A stretch of 64,000 nucleotides of DNA from Veleropilina oligotropha (Eukaryota), in contig JBEUKZ010000125.1 of NCBI GenBank assembly GCA_048128005.1, forward strand, positions 372,001 through 436,000. Reading direction: 5' to 3'. Positions within the stretch are counted from its first letter, which is position 1. Every line of letters begins with the position of its first letter. Position numbers and translations under genes: made by a program. This document shows, in pieces, positions 54,201-63,365 of the stretch. The notes beneath the pieces were generated by a model. The model had not been told where the DNA came from, did not search any database, and saw nothing but the letters and a program-made list of their open reading frames with translations.

Positions 54201-55737
54201 ACGTTATAAAATATAAACGACAATCAGAGACAAGAAAGATATCAAATTTTGGTGCAGCACCATAATTTGTTCAATCATTTGACCTTTATACTGAAATTTT
54301 GACTCGAGTGTCGCAAAATATATCGTATTCCAAACTTCATTTCACTGAAACAATGAAAGGGACAAATGTCATGAAATATACATTATTGCTGAATCTGTAC
54401 GCATTACATGCTTTTATCAGTGGAAATGTTCTCCATCAATTAAAGCAAAATATGTTTGTTTTTCGGGCCAATTGTAATCAAATTTATATATTTAAGCGTT
54501 AAACAAAAATGAACACATTCAAAGATTTAAATACAAAAAAGTCATACATAATTGCAATACGTTTAGTCGCAAAACAAAATATGCTTTGCTTGATTTTCCA
54601 ATAGTCGGTTTCAGTTTATTTACAAATTCTAATTCTATACTTACCGGTTGTTGGGCTGAGGCTGTGTGCCAGTGAATTAGGAGATCGCAGTGGGCTCCCG
54701 AAGCCATCTCCTAGAGATCCGAGACCGCCAAATGGCACCATGGGAAATGCGGGATGCCGACCCAACATGGAGAAGGCGCTCGGCAGGTGTGCCAGATGGG
54801 CGTACGGCAGACTGGAGGCTCCGGAAAACGGGGGCGGACCTGGAAGGAAAGGATCGAAGTTTAATTACTGTCCTGTTATTTCCAATCATTAACTTCAAAG
54901 CAGGACATGTCCATATTATCGCGGGAGAAAATCCTGGTCGCCCGGAAAAACCCACCCTCTCCGACCAGTTACGGACAACTGTGATTTATAACTTGAACAA
55001 ATAATGTCATGTCTCAATCGAGGTTCGAACCCACTACTGTTCGCATCAGCGGAATCAAGCCAGTGATTTTTCAGAGTCTGCAATGGTGAACCGAAACAAC
55101 ATGATTGTCGGAACAGCCCTTTTTTAGGATACAGATCTGTTTTCAAATCGACCATGAAATGATCCTGACAAGAGGTATGTTTAATGTGAAAATATATGTC
55201 AAGCTTTTCAACAGAATATCTGTGTACAGGTAAATCAACAACGCACAACTAATGTACCATAAATATGGGTGTATAATTGATTAAAAAATTAAACTTCATT
55301 ACAATTATAAAAGTGTAAGAAAAACTTATAGAAATTCAAAACATATCCTAACACAAAATATAAAGAACCAAAGGTCAAACTCTTTCAAGATTATACTCAC
55401 TTGAATTGAATCTCGATATATTCATACATAAATTATTGAAGTGCACAGGTCTGCCATTTAATCAATGTTATTACATATATACATAGTAAATTATTCTGAC
55501 AATAGAGGGAGATAACTCCTCCCACCTGGCTTGCCTGACTTTGATTGAATATTAGTCTACAATTATTATTGAGGTATGCATATCTTAAATTATTCTAACT
55601 TATCAATCAATGCGAATTTACTTAGCAATAAAACATATTATATCAGATTCCATCATCGTCCGACTCTTACCAAGAAGGTTGGCTGTGTCAAAGAAGTTAT
55701 GAGCAGGACTCTGGGATGACCGGTCCGCGGGATCCAT
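1967..55737 (-). CDS. BAZ2B: BAZ2B/toutatis-like protein (bromodomain adjacent to zinc finger 2), 32 coding exons in window, 3'-incomplete
   Basis: Hand-spliced GT-AG exons give one continuous frame (~5475 nt) with domain order MBD/TAM-DDT-WHIM1/2/3-PHD; peptides such as RIPLEYGWRRQTRIR, APCGKKLR, SEIDKNI..LRRDKW.VEGK, SISWEKSIMKV closely resemble vertebrate BAZ2B as I recall it. Confidence 0.93.
2337..2688. mobile_element. Helentron-like non-autonomous element (same family as 53131-53805)
   Basis: shared start aatcctcgacc..gtcgagggg and end gcggctgaacgat..tactatccct. Confidence 0.65.
2832..3955. repeat. 44-bp minisatellite (~25 units) = last 32 nt of exon 31 + first 12 nt of intron
   Basis: unit cttaccttgaagcagtacatgtgataacctttatcgcatacagc. 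Confidence 0.97.
3924..4013 (-). CDS. BAZ2B: Exon 31, PHD finger N-half
   Basis: LCQICRRDDNEAQLLLCDGCDKGYHTYCFK. Confidence 0.95.
4465..4921. repeat. 78-bp tandem repeat (6 units) spanning exon 30 donor
   Basis: cactttcatgat recurs at 4517, 4595, 4673, 4751, 4829, 4907. Confidence 0.95.
4907..5129 (-). CDS. BAZ2B: Exon 30
   Basis: GLLTWRTSVATATSAAQMTLCIHQLVGSISWEKSIMKV. Confidence 0.94.
5376..5548 (-). CDS. BAZ2B: Exon 29
   Basis: GWK..HPLDVARERLLTLEKNIERRYLKPPL. Confidence 0.94.
5945..6806. repeat. GC-rich ~61-70-bp tandem repeat (~13 units) spanning exon 28 donor
   Basis: repeated ctcacc(t/g)tgacct(g/a)cagg..gtcagca. Confidence 0.95.
6782..7002 (-). CDS. BAZ2B: Exon 28
   Basis: EMALLEEVEAAEERVLTSSLQVK, aag|gtgaga donor. 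Confidence 0.92.
7509..7667 (-). CDS. BAZ2B: Exon 27, WHIM3/WSD
   Basis: MQKGWSKISDPEELKAIVKCLHPRGIREKNLQKNIQK. Confidence 0.94.
10839..11985 (-). CDS. BAZ2B: Exon 26 (1147 nt), WHIM2 plus long linker
   Basis: YRNKVFDASHKLRAICLGNDRFKRRFWVLPFGGGIYVEG; WFSILPRMPCD. Confidence 0.95.
12094..13031. mobile_element. Helentron-like element with ~157-bp internal tandem repeats
   Basis: aagggcaataactct units, (GACG)n, terminal hairpin tatccccc..gggggata. Confidence 0.65.
13193..13379. mobile_element. PIF/Harbinger-type MITE
   Basis: ~45-bp TIR gggctattccagtaaaatatct.., TAA target duplication. Confidence 0.8.
13573..13629 (-). CDS. BAZ2B: Exon 25
   Basis: EEEITTIEEYDKKMDKLSK. Confidence 0.88.
13858..14066. 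repeat. 34-bp tandem repeat (6 units), probably a derivative of the adjacent 40-bp array
   Basis: atcattcatgacctctatgtccccgtagacacgt; shares acctctatgtcc..gacacgt. Confidence 0.9.
14080..16130. repeat. ~40-bp tandem repeat spanning exon 24 donor, split by a transposon at 14355-15419
   Basis: unit ctcacctctatatccgacacgttcccgtgagtctctgtag on both sides of the insertion. Confidence 0.93.
14355..15419. mobile_element. Non-autonomous DNA transposon (P- or hAT-like), contains (ACATAC)n
   Basis: TIR cagggttcacca..tggtgaaccctg, 7-bp TSD gctcacc, subterminal repeats acttcgcc and cacttctctct. Confidence 0.85.
16110..16323 (-). CDS. BAZ2B: Exon 24
   Basis: MRILNATKF..AAGNVSDIE, gag|gtgagc donor, phase 2/0. 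Confidence 0.87.
16532..17164. mobile_element. Non-autonomous DNA transposon, GG..CC ends, superfamily unresolved
   Basis: 8-bp TSD cttttaac, inverted subterminal repeats ggaggtttcgcccca. Confidence 0.8.
17552..17626 (-). CDS. BAZ2B: Exon 23
   Basis: EIDKNIEGMANLRRDKWIVEGKIR. Confidence 0.93.
18053..18162 (-). CDS. BAZ2B: Exon 22, WHIM1
   Basis: LESLTSSQKAKTLAYLCDELLCSKVIT. Confidence 0.92.
18648..18976 (+). mobile_element. SINE family S copy with 12-bp TSD cttaacaagact
   Basis: B-box gggttcaa, shared ggacatgtcctgccttgaac body; other copies ~5683-5870, 22612-22790, 45693-45800, 58540-58755. Confidence 0.8.
19133..19240 (-). CDS. BAZ2B: Exon 21
   Basis: AVTKLGQKLTELDINDTILSEALRIFVVARNG. 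Confidence 0.9.
19671..19813 (-). CDS. BAZ2B: Exon 20, DDT domain
   Basis: LPTLNTLQNALLN..LLKFALEDPG. Confidence 0.92.
20477..20588 (-). CDS. BAZ2B: Exon 19, DDT domain
   Basis: LSGEAFADCMMIMEFLHNFGDALGF. Confidence 0.93.
21527..21604 (-). CDS. BAZ2B: Exon 18
   Basis: EMRRMEFQIAQELKKPCDDMELRDAK. Confidence 0.9.
21901..21963 (-). CDS. BAZ2B: Exon 17
   Basis: EKEKVKELKRAEKQVSVDRKM, atg|gtaaga donor. Confidence 0.85.
22302..22367 (-). CDS. BAZ2B: Exon 16
   Basis: ERERRRQHFMLVKALEARKKHQ. Confidence 0.9.
23518..23562 (-). CDS. BAZ2B: Exon 15
   Basis: EREMKRQQAVMMKEQ, 45 nt. Confidence 0.88.
24407..25191. mobile_element. Helentron-like family B with ~146-bp internal repeats
   Basis: start aactag..cacaggagtgatcatatgcccc, end gggggcataa; related copies at 25813-26320, 32948-33292, 34892-35302. 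Confidence 0.7.
25535..26725. mobile_element. Helentron-like family A with nested family B copy (25813-26320)
   Basis: start acaagagctaaagctcgaaatggctcgcatgc, end ctcgcatttgcgttgcatgcgagc. Confidence 0.7.
27200..27400. mobile_element. Fold-back MITE-like element
   Basis: arms acaggataatgaaatgttcgttcgacg / cgtcgaacgaacatttcactatcctgt. Confidence 0.6.
27604..28135. mobile_element. Helentron-like non-autonomous element
   Basis: atgcccccg subterminal IR, (ACGG)n, hairpin atgccccc..gggggcat. Confidence 0.55.
29619..29684 (-). CDS. BAZ2B: Exon 14
   Basis: ARLHRKEIIERMKFAEAVRKAK, 66 nt phase 0, tatag / aag|gtttgt. Confidence 0.7.
30255..30610. repeat. ~20-bp degenerate G-rich tandem repeat
   Basis: gggactgt(a/g)ctt(a/g)tgt.. 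units. Confidence 0.85.
31209..31324 (-). CDS. BAZ2B: Exon 13
   Basis: MLKQQEKVQRLDQVRLERELRAQQIIE, resembles BAZ2B coiled coil. Confidence 0.9.
32272..32364 (-). CDS. BAZ2B: Exon 12 (coiled coil)
   Basis: VHRNFIHEKRQRRAERKLQKDVAKQDKQRR; phase 1/1. Confidence 0.85.
32400..32860. repeat. 40-bp minisatellite (~11 units) just upstream of the exon 12 acceptor
   Basis: tattcatcgcaaatatagactgtgactgataacgcttacg. Confidence 0.93.
34631..34741 (-). mobile_element. Inverted pseudo-LTR copy of the Penelope 3' end (matches 37154-37264)
   Basis: reverse complement of 37154-37264 with few mismatches. Confidence 0.9.
34689..34733 (-). ncRNA. Second copy of the hammerhead motif (degenerate)
   Basis: minus strand attac-GTGACCA-a-ggtccg/cggacc-GcAAC-atc-gtaat. 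Confidence 0.65.
34751..35494. mobile_element. Helentron-like family A with nested family B copy (34892-35302), inside the Penelope locus
   Basis: same termini as 25535-26725. Confidence 0.7.
35495..37264 (+). mobile_element. Penelope-like retroelement, 5'-truncated and frameshifted (RT + GIY-YIG endonuclease)
   Basis: Motifs PVDKGR, VSYDVTARFTSVP, GAAMGSPISPVIANLYME, WLRYVDDTF, LPFLD, YRKPTHTDQYL, IYHIMC..TYISETKR, RFKEH, RKVKEAIYI, MNRDLG across several frames. Confidence 0.93.
37162..37206 (+). ncRNA. Minimal type-I hammerhead ribozyme motif (degenerate, G3-C8 variant)
   Basis: attac-GTGACCA-a-ggtccg/cggacc-GAAAC-gcc-gaaat in Penelope pLTR. Confidence 0.7.
37490..38300. repeat. 41-42-bp minisatellite (~19 units) derived from exon 11 donor junction
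   Basis: gatattgaggtggaatgactgtatgctatgtatatcttgct aligns to native gctgaatgctgtccataccttgcccatatttgggtttgaa. Confidence 0.9.
38269..38413 (-). CDS. BAZ2B: Exon 11 (GYTLLSEQEVMERY..)
   Basis: ttgcag acceptor, aag|gtatgg donor, phase 0/1. Confidence 0.85.
38396..38662. repeat. 48-bp tandem repeat (6 units) spanning exon 11 acceptor
   Basis: gtgtagccct(g/a)caa recurs at ~38411, 38459, 38507, 38555, 38602, 38650. Confidence 0.9.
39314..39415 (-). CDS. BAZ2B: Exon 10, MBD/TAM domain C-half
   Basis: YLAKNGITDLTKDNFSFSTKLNIGEFFE; canonical splice sites. Confidence 0.93.
39605..39849. mobile_element. Short Helentron-like element
   Basis: aactagaaatg start, GACGG tract, terminal hairpin atgccacc..ggtggcat. 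Confidence 0.55.
41167..41345 (-). CDS. BAZ2B: Exon 9, MBD/TAM domain N-half
   Basis: KRRRVIDEKEARIPLEYGWRRQTRIRSFG..YIAPCGKKLRLYPDVMK. Confidence 0.93.
41915..42381. mobile_element. Young interspersed element, near-identical to 63366-63851
   Basis: subterminal IR tatgtcttgacc/ggtcaagacata, (TA)n tract. Confidence 0.85.
42461..42604 (-). CDS. BAZ2B: Exon 8 (acidic/Ser-rich)
   Basis: tttcag acceptor, aag|gtgaga donor, phase 1/1. Confidence 0.8.
42791..42995 (+). mobile_element. tRNA-derived SINE, full length (internally deleted copy at ~50136-50275)
   Basis: A box tggccgagtgg, B box ggttcaagcc, (CAT)-rich tail, 12-bp TSD tcataatacata. Confidence 0.85.
43111..44890 (-). mobile_element. Possible decayed piggyBac-like remnant
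   Basis: ttaacc terminus; broken acidic (D/S/E) then R/G-rich coding-like stretch on minus strand 44780-44370. Confidence 0.3.
45081..45438 (-). CDS. BAZ2B: Exon 7 (EQSRKQDQLRKQLERE..)
   Basis: ttcag acceptor, cag|gtacgt donor, within ORF 44932-45573. Confidence 0.8.
45502..45577. mobile_element. 76-bp TTAA-flanked MITE (piggyBac-like); second copy 46221-46721 interrupted by the Kolobok-like element
   Basis: ttaa|ctctttg..caaagag|ttaa. Confidence 0.7.
45850..46080 (-). CDS. BAZ2B: Exon 6
   Basis: tttcag acceptor, gag|gttagt donor, 231 nt open frame. Confidence 0.8.
46247..46671. mobile_element. Kolobok-like non-autonomous DNA transposon
   Basis: TTAA TSD, TIR agagac(g/t)attgcccgtaaatgcgctcttt. 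Confidence 0.85.
46731..46856 (-). CDS. BAZ2B: Exon 5 (KAQNNSEETSSQSDLSSGSS..DEDKDKKK)
   Basis: tatag acceptor, aag|gtaagt donor, 126 nt phase 0. Confidence 0.8.
47542..47726. repeat. 36-bp perfect tandem repeat (5 units)
   Basis: atttccccataaagataactacaagcatggtcgtac. Confidence 0.95.
47898..48220 (-). CDS. BAZ2B: Exon 4 (Ser/Thr-rich)
   Basis: tttcag acceptor, gag|gtcaga donor, open frame, phase consistent. Confidence 0.8.
48501..48860 (+). mobile_element. Helitron/DINE-like 5' portion
   Basis: tctatactataat start, (CTGT)n(GT)n, two ~148-bp tandem units. Confidence 0.45.
49060..49380 (-). mobile_element. tRNA-derived SINE with central ccttgggcaa..aaatgggtacc domain and (TTA)n tail
   Basis: A box tggctcagtgg, B box ggttcaacc; related fragments at ~7233-7330 and ~21000-21090. 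Confidence 0.75.
50347..51898. mobile_element. ~1.55-kb non-autonomous TIR element
   Basis: TIR acctgggactacta..tagagggactgg / ccagtccctcta..tagtagtcccaggt; internal ~200-bp repeats. Confidence 0.75.
52380..52568 (-). CDS. BAZ2B: Exon 3 (GADWWRAASEHARR..); alternative in-frame donor would start the exon at 52431
   Basis: WWR motif as in BAZ2B N-terminus; caccag acceptor; two phase-1 donors. Confidence 0.75.
52992..54088. mobile_element. Second Kolobok-like copy, opposite orientation, with nested insertion
   Basis: same TIRs; interior is the reverse complement of 46247-46671. Confidence 0.8.
53131..53805. mobile_element. Helentron-like element with ~148-bp repeats nested in a Kolobok-like element
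   Basis: termini shared with 2337-2688; interrupts 52992-54088. Confidence 0.7.
54645..54839 (-). CDS. BAZ2B: Exon 2 (PPPFSGASSLPY..AFPMVPFGGLGSLG..)
   Basis: ttccag acceptor, G|gtaagt donor, FGGLG motif of BAZ2 N-terminus, phase 1/1. Confidence 0.8.
54843..55075 (-). mobile_element. SINE family S copy abutting exon 2 acceptor
   Basis: reverse complement matches 56868-57043 and 18766-18976. Confidence 0.8.
55671..55737 (-). CDS. BAZ2B: Exon 1, putative start MDPADRSSQSPAHNFFDTANLL (exon extends to acceptor at 55759)
   Basis: gccATGG context, cttccttccag acceptor, G|gtaaga donor, phase fits next exon; upstream frame is open so a further coding exon is possible. Confidence 0.6.
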
Positions 55738-56624
55738 GGCAACCAGGAATGGCCGATATCTGGAAGGAAGATGTCGTCATATATATGATCATTCAGATGT
55801 ATACTAAATTTGATATCCGTATAAAGAATACTTGGAGATTAGATTAGGTATGCTATACCACGAGGTTTTGTTGTCTAATTGATGAAATCAGGAGATAAAC
55901 ATGATCGGGCGCATAACGCCAAGTTATAACTGCAAGCTTCTCCAACATAAATACTGAGGTATATATTTCTAACTTATATCTTTGCAAAAATTGTAAACTA
56001 ATAGCCTTATTATTATTATTCGTGTATGAAAGTCACTTCCAGTAGTCAACCCAGCAATATGGTATTCATGTATTTAACCACACCTAGATCGTGACAATAG
56101 GGTCACGATTTACGCTCAGACAACTTTTGTCGTACAACCCCTATCTTCGGTATCCTTTAGAACATTTACCTAAAAGTTATTACCAGCTCTAAATATATAG
56201 CAGCTACCAGCTTTAAATTTCTGTCTTAAAAAGACAAATTTATAGTATTTTCTGCTGATGATTTACTTGATTAAAAATAGATTGATAAAATGAATTGACA
56301 TTCAATGAACAAAATTGTTCAGATTACACGACAGGCATATCTATGGTTGAAAATAAGTTGCCGAGATTTACAACGTAGTAAGGTTTCACTGTGAGATCTA
56401 ATGGGTCACTCACTGGCTAACCCTATCAGATTTATCCCTCCAGTGAAACAGCAGATTTATCCCACCAGTGAAAGTGGCTTGTCGAGATATGTAAACTTGA
56501 GTATTTTTTGGTCATTTATTCACAGTCACAGGCGAAGACTCCATGATGGGTGAAATCAAAAGTTGAGTACCAGGCCATCTGCTATGACATGCACTACAAT
56601 GACGTTCCTTCATTAAAGTACTGA

Positions 56625-57043
56625 TCGCACTGGTAACCCAGTGGGTAAGAGGGTAGGCTCTCCATTGCTTTGTCTAGCAAGGGGGGTTCAACTCTTTGGC
56701 AGTGTGCATTGTTCAGTTAAGAGCCAACGCTATCCATAAATTTCCATCGAGGATGAGCTTTCTCGAGCCACTTTCTTCACGCCATTACATGGATCAACAT
56801 GTATATGTATGGTCCCGAGCTTGGTGGCCGCTTCAACAATCCTGTGGTATCGATTGTGGACTCCGAAAATCACTGACTTGATTCTGCTGACGCGATCAGT
56901 AGTGGGTTCAAACCTCGACAGGGACATTTGTTCAAGTTTTGAATCACAGTTGTTCGTAACTGGTTGGAGAGGGCGGGTCCTGCTTTGAACCAAATGATGG
57001 TTGGAAATATACAGGATATTAAGCATCGATCCTTTTCTTTCCT
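56625..57043 (+). mobile_element. SINE family S, longest copy (two tRNA-like modules)
   Basis: cagtgggtaagag..gggttcaactc then gtgggttcaaacc.., tail atcgatccttttctttcc. Confidence 0.75.
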
Positions 57044-60000
57044 GAGCTTGGTCATCAAAGTATATTACAGAGCGTACAAACATCAGACATTTGGTAGATC
57101 AATATTGACGTTCGCGCCAACACAAAGCCTACTGTAAATGGACAGATCATTAGGCTACAAGTTTTAATATTTTATACACCACTTCCAATAAGATATATGA
57201 TGTGTTATTGATCCAAATGCATTCCAACAAAGAACAATGGTTTTAACTTTATAGCAAACCTCGCAGATAAATTTATACACTAATGCATATTTTTATAATT
57301 TCTCAGCACACAAATGAATGTCTTCTGTACTGGCAAGCACTTGTGATTGCATTCTATATAAGTATTGATCATATTCAGCTATGTGTGCATACATATATAT
57401 ATATCCTACATGTATTTAACATAAAATCTATTGCGATAATTCATATAAAGCAAACATAGTGCTATGAATATCATTTGTGATGTATACATCTACGATAATA
57501 TAATTATTATACATGCATGTACGATACAACTGTCGTCCATTCAGTCAAGTACTATTGGTCATAGTTAATTACACAAACGCCCCCTAGCTACCAGAGCTTC
57601 TAAGCCATGGAAACCTTAATTACCAAATGGAAAACTGAAACAGGCGAAATAATAGTTATGGCAAATCCAGTGTGATCAGATGAGTCTGGGCCCCTGAACA
57701 TGGATAGCAGCTGCCGTTGAGTGGAACATTATGATTTAGTAACAAACAGACAGATAACCATGCTGCATGAATAGGACTGCTTTCATCCACTTGCAATGAA
57801 GTAATGATATTCCAATATGTATACATGTGTGTATACTACGATTGGAGATTATTGTATTGCGATACATCGCAATAAATGAAATCATAACATATTATAATAG
57901 TACATTATGTGAAATATCGCCAGTTATCTGTACAAAGAATGGGATTGCCGATCGCGATGATCAGAAACAAAATAAAGAAGTATAGTCGCTAAAATAGTGT
58001 GTTAATTTTACGGAACAAAAATACAACGACTTATTGCTATATATAACTCTAAGAAAGTCAATGAAAATATGTATGAGCATTCATTAAGGATTTTAAAACT
58101 GGCAATTTAGGGACATTTATCATAATTAAATTTAAGAGTTTATATCAACTCTTATCTTTGTTCTTCAATGGAAATTTTGCAGCAAACTTTCTTGGAAGAA
58201 TTTAGCAGCTTCACTAATATGAACGCTTGGGGTTGGTTCAGTTTACACAATGAATGTCGGTTATAACAATGCTACACTCGCGAATGGTGATCAAATGCAT
58301 CTCAGTAATTTAGGGTCAAACGGTCATATTCCCACCGACACAAAATTCATACCTTCAGAAATTCTTTGTATTGTCATTTTCCTATTGTATTTAACATTGG
58401 CAACGAAGGAAGAAACTCTCAACTCAGAGATGTACGTTACTTTGAAATGTTGACATTGTCAATTATATTTCGATTTAATTAATTGTACCACCTCAACAAG
58501 GATGCCACGGTAGTCATGTGATATCAAGTGCCGCCTCTGACATCACTGACTCGATTGCACTAACTAACAGGAGTGGGTTCGAATCTCGGTTGGGGCATAA
58601 ACATTCTTTGTTCATTATTTGTTAATCGCAGTTATCCATAACTGGTCGGACAAGGCGGGTTTCCCCGGTCGACCAGGCTTTTCTCCTGCGATAATATCGA
58701 CATGTCCTGCCTTCAACCTGAAGGTTATAAATATACAGAACATTAGCCACAATCCATCTCACCTCAACATCAGAGAGTCTGAAATACCGGCCAATGAAGC
58801 CCATCTGCCTCTGCAGGCTATGGACAACTGTGACTGATAACTGGGAAGTGACTCTGACTGAGACTCACCGTCATACAGACGAATGAAACATCAGTCAGGT
58901 GACAAACTATCAGGTCATTGACGCCAAATTAGGGATAATTTGAAATTGTATACATAGAATTCACAGAAAAATGTCAATAACTATGTCTATGAGGTCATAT
59001 ATTGAGGTCAATAAGGTTTCACCTACAATAATTAATATAATTTTAAAACAAGAATTATTCATATGACAAAATTTTCCAATATTAACAATACTGAAAAAAT
59101 TTAAAAAACTCCTACACATGTGCATCATTGTTTCGACGTTAAATGATTTTCTCTCATATTTACTGGATAAGGATCAACAATTTGTTTTTATAATTCAAAC
59201 ATTATCTCAAGAACTGGCTTGAACTGAATACGCTGCCTGGTGTCGTGCATAGCCATGCGATACGGAGATTTAATCCATTTTGACCTAGTTTTCTTTTGTT
59301 ATAACTGTTGCTTATTCTACACGAATCCACTTCTGCAACTCCATTGTGTCTGCTTAAAAGACCAATTAAACAAGCGTTATGTGCATTAATTCCATGCTAT
59401 GAATAATTCCATTCCAGAAAGTGAGGAAAGCATGTTTAACGCAGTATATAATCCAAAGAGTTTGATTTATCTGCGGACGAGTCCATTCTAGTACACGTGG
59501 ACACTGAAAAGAAAATAATATCAATTATTTTAACGTGTAGACAACACTTTTGCACTGACAACAAATTTCAAGCACATTAAATTTGTTACGTAAATAAAAA
59601 AATGCAATACACGTTTATCGTTCAGAAGAATCTGGCAATACTCTATCTTAATGTTGTTCATATGAATGATTTTTCATTGCTTTACTTTGAAGCGAATACA
59701 GAGCTATTTAAATATTATATCACAGAAATGTCGTTAAAATACAATATATATTTGCTATATTATACCATTTACCTGATGCTCTCTACAGAGGTAAATACCA
59801 TGTGTGCTCTGGTCAAACATCTGAAGCCAAGTGTAGAGTGCTTTGAAATGTACATCATCGTGACGAAAAAATATTCACCTTGCATGCTGGTACAATTGCA
59901 CTTAACGAGCACATTAAACGTATATATTCATCAAGATCAGTATTCTCCACAGGGTGCTGAAGTGTAGCTCTCCGCTACGCTTCAATGTTCACCCGCTATG

Positions 60001-62247
60001 CTTCCCTGTTGGCCGCAACGCTTCCCTGTCATAGCGCTATGGTTTAAATTACATGATATAATATGTTTTATGTCGATATTAAATATTTATATGCAATAAA
60101 ATACCTTTATTGCGATGCCTGTGTTGTTTATTTATTTTACTTATAACGTAAAGTTCGAATAAAATCTCTGTGTTTGCACTCCCGAAATTGCGACATTCCA
60201 ATAACAATGGCCGCCATGTTTGGTGTCATAATGATATTGAACTGCGGGATTTCCTTTACCAAAAATAGATTGTTCATGTTGTGAGAATTTCTCATAAACC
60301 AATGAAATGCCCGGAGACATCGCTAAGCAATTATTGTATGGTGCGCGACAAACGTCTACCAAAGCAGAATATGTGAATGGTCAAACGGATAACGTGATGA
60401 CAACGCCGTCATTTCATTGGTCTCTGTCAGTGGTCTCTATCATTTTTATGCCATGCTGACGGTCAGGTCTGTTATAAAAAACATGACCGTACGAAAGCGA
60501 AATACTGCACGCAGTTGGAATAAATTGAAATAATAAATGGGCACTGCAGCTAATGGAAGCATGGATATTTCGAAACAGGACTATGAAAATAACTTTGCAA
60601 CGGTCGGTGTCCGCTTTTACCTACGTTTGAACAGCGCGCATATTCGTGTTTCACAGTATTGACGACCATTTAGGGTGACAATTACGGGGTATTGAATTAT
60701 TTACGATAAATTTAAATTCGTTTTCCATCGAAAATGGCATATTTGAATAACTTTAAGCCCAACATTAATGACAACGGAAAAAGGTCAAAGGAAAAAATAA
60801 AATATATTTAAGGGAGCACTATCGCAAAACAATGAATTTTAATTGTGATTAATAACATTAAAATAAAAACTGTAGTGACTGTTGTGTTAAATATTTTATT
60901 GAAGTTAATGAAAACGTGTCTATTGGCATTCGTCTTCAATGATATACATTCATAATAAAATAGAAATATTACACAGCTTACCACATTATTTCAGGTGTCA
61001 TATTGTTAAGAATGCAAATCTAATCACCATATTTATATGCACCAGAGAGCATCTATTGAGGCTTCTTTTAAACAAAAATCTTAGGGGGCCTTGCCCCCAA
61101 ACCCCCATAGTTCCGTGCGCCTGCGGCATTCATTTTGCCCCTATCCTTTCAGGAATTCCTGGGGAGAACACTGAAGATGATTCCATTTAATTGGAACTGA
61201 TGTCCAACGGGGATTTTGGAGAGCAATCCATATTTTGCATAAAAAATGTTTCTTATTTTTCTTAAATGGGAGATTTTTTGTATATATTAATGTTTAACAA
61301 GTAAAACATAACAAATGATGTCAAAATGAATTAAGTAAGTTAACCAACTTGGGACTGTGGATTCGTGTAAAATAATTCACTTGGGCCTGTCGGCCCGCGT
61401 GAATTATTTTACACGAACCCAGTCCCTCGTTGGTTAACCTATACATAAAAGAAACAGTTCATGCTGTATTTAGCTTGGTATATCAAATATAAATAAATCA
61501 ACAATAGCTTTGAGATTAGCAAATTTCAATTTTCAATAAACACTTACTCGAGATATTATAAAATGTGCATGACATTAATCCTCTGGCATTATCGACCGCC
61601 TTGCACAAATTGCAAATTATTTTGTTATGTCTTGATAATGCAACACAATTGATTGGAGAGATAACAATGAAAATTACACTCTTTCACGTTTTAGCGGAAA
61701 ACATTGAAAAACACATGCAATCAATGCCACTATACCACAGGGAGATGTGATTTAGTGATGATTTTCACAATACATTAATAAAAACAACAACCCTGGTTAT
61801 ATGTAGTAGCAGGGTTATGAACCTACATAACGTCGGATATACATACATGTATGAAAAGCCTGTATGTTATCGTATATTTTATGAAAGTTCATGGCAGTGC
61901 CACCAATTTCATTATTTTACGAGTAAAGAAATGAATAACATTTTTTCAAAATTTCGAAAATTATTACAAGTTTAAATTTTGTCACTCGATTAATAATACT
62001 GCAGATATTTATTATTTTAAACTAAGCGCATAATAATTTGCAGCAGATGATTTAAATTGCTAGAAGGATTAATTCTCACTTCCTAACACACAATTGCTAA
62101 ATTTAGCACGAGATTAATTTTAATTTCAAATACTCTAACAGAAAATAAGATAACATTTTCTTTATTTGGTTCAGTTTACGATCACATTTTAACAATATTT
62201 CCATCATATTGTGATCAGAATTTTGATTTTTAAACATCTTTCCCATC

Positions 62248-63052
62248 GAACAAGAGCCGTTAGAAAACGGATTCATCCCCCGGCTTCCGCAATCACTCTG
62301 ATATTAACTTTAACAAAAATGTCTATGTCCCAACACATCAAGTTTCTTCAATATTTATACAAAATATTATTCAATATCAATGCTAGAGTAAAAGGTGGTA
62401 TCAATATAAGCATCACCAAAGAATATATATATGCAATAATGGAACAGAACGGAAATTCACTCAACTTGAACAAAAATTTCTATGTCCACAAACACTAATT
62501 CCACATGTTATTTATATTATAAATCACTTGCAGATGAGGGAGCAGCATCAATATAGTCAACACTTTAAAGTATACGGATGTAAAATGGTGCCTATAGAAC
62601 AACCCATATGCCCATTGAAAAATTTAAACAAAACTTGAACCAAAATTTCTATGTCCACAAACACCTATTTTTTATGCAATAATTATATTAAATTTAATTC
62701 AGCATCACTTTCATAGTATCAGCTGACATTCATATTATCAATACCAAAGCATATATACACCAAAATGTTGTTTCAACAACCCATATACACTCAATGAAAA
62801 ACTTTAACCAGAAACATTAATCAAAATTTCTATGTTAAAAAACATCTACATTTATGCAATAATTATATATTTAAATTTTATTCAATCTCACTTCCAGAGT
62901 AGCAGATGTCATCCATATAACGCTTACAAACGTATCATGGGCAAGCTATATATATATATACACTCAATTCGAAACTTTAACCAAATTGTTTACGGATGTA
63001 CGGATGGACATGGCAACAACAATATCCCACGCTACCTTCGGGCGGGGGATCA
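62248..63052. mobile_element. Helentron-like element with internal tandem repeats
   Basis: atcccccg subterminal IR, repeated aaaatttctatgtccacaaacac, ACGGATG tract, terminal hairpin. Confidence 0.55.
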
Positions 63053-63365
63053 AAACCAAAACTTAATTATTTTGGCTTTTGGTTAAAATAACCCATGCCA
63101 AATATGACCCCTACAAGTTCAAGGCAATGTGAGGTTGCAAACCATCGCTCCGGTGGCAAGGAGCACGATGGTGAAAACCAGAAATCTCTGCAACTAATAG
63201 TAAAAAAACATTTTGAGCCTATTTTGAAGTTTGTATGGTGAACGTTCTAGCTCTAGAGCCGAAACTTTGCAAACCGGAAATTGCGTCATAAAATCTGGAT
63301 CTTTTATCCAATTCGGATCATCTTTGAGGAGGACCGAACCTAGGGAGGACCCTATCTTATGTAAA

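Noticed and set aside
60180..60430. Promoter or first non-coding exon (YY1-like gccgccatgtt, CCAAT)
   Set aside because: Similar aaatggc(c/t)gcc motifs occur in many repeats in this window; TSS cannot be placed from sequence alone
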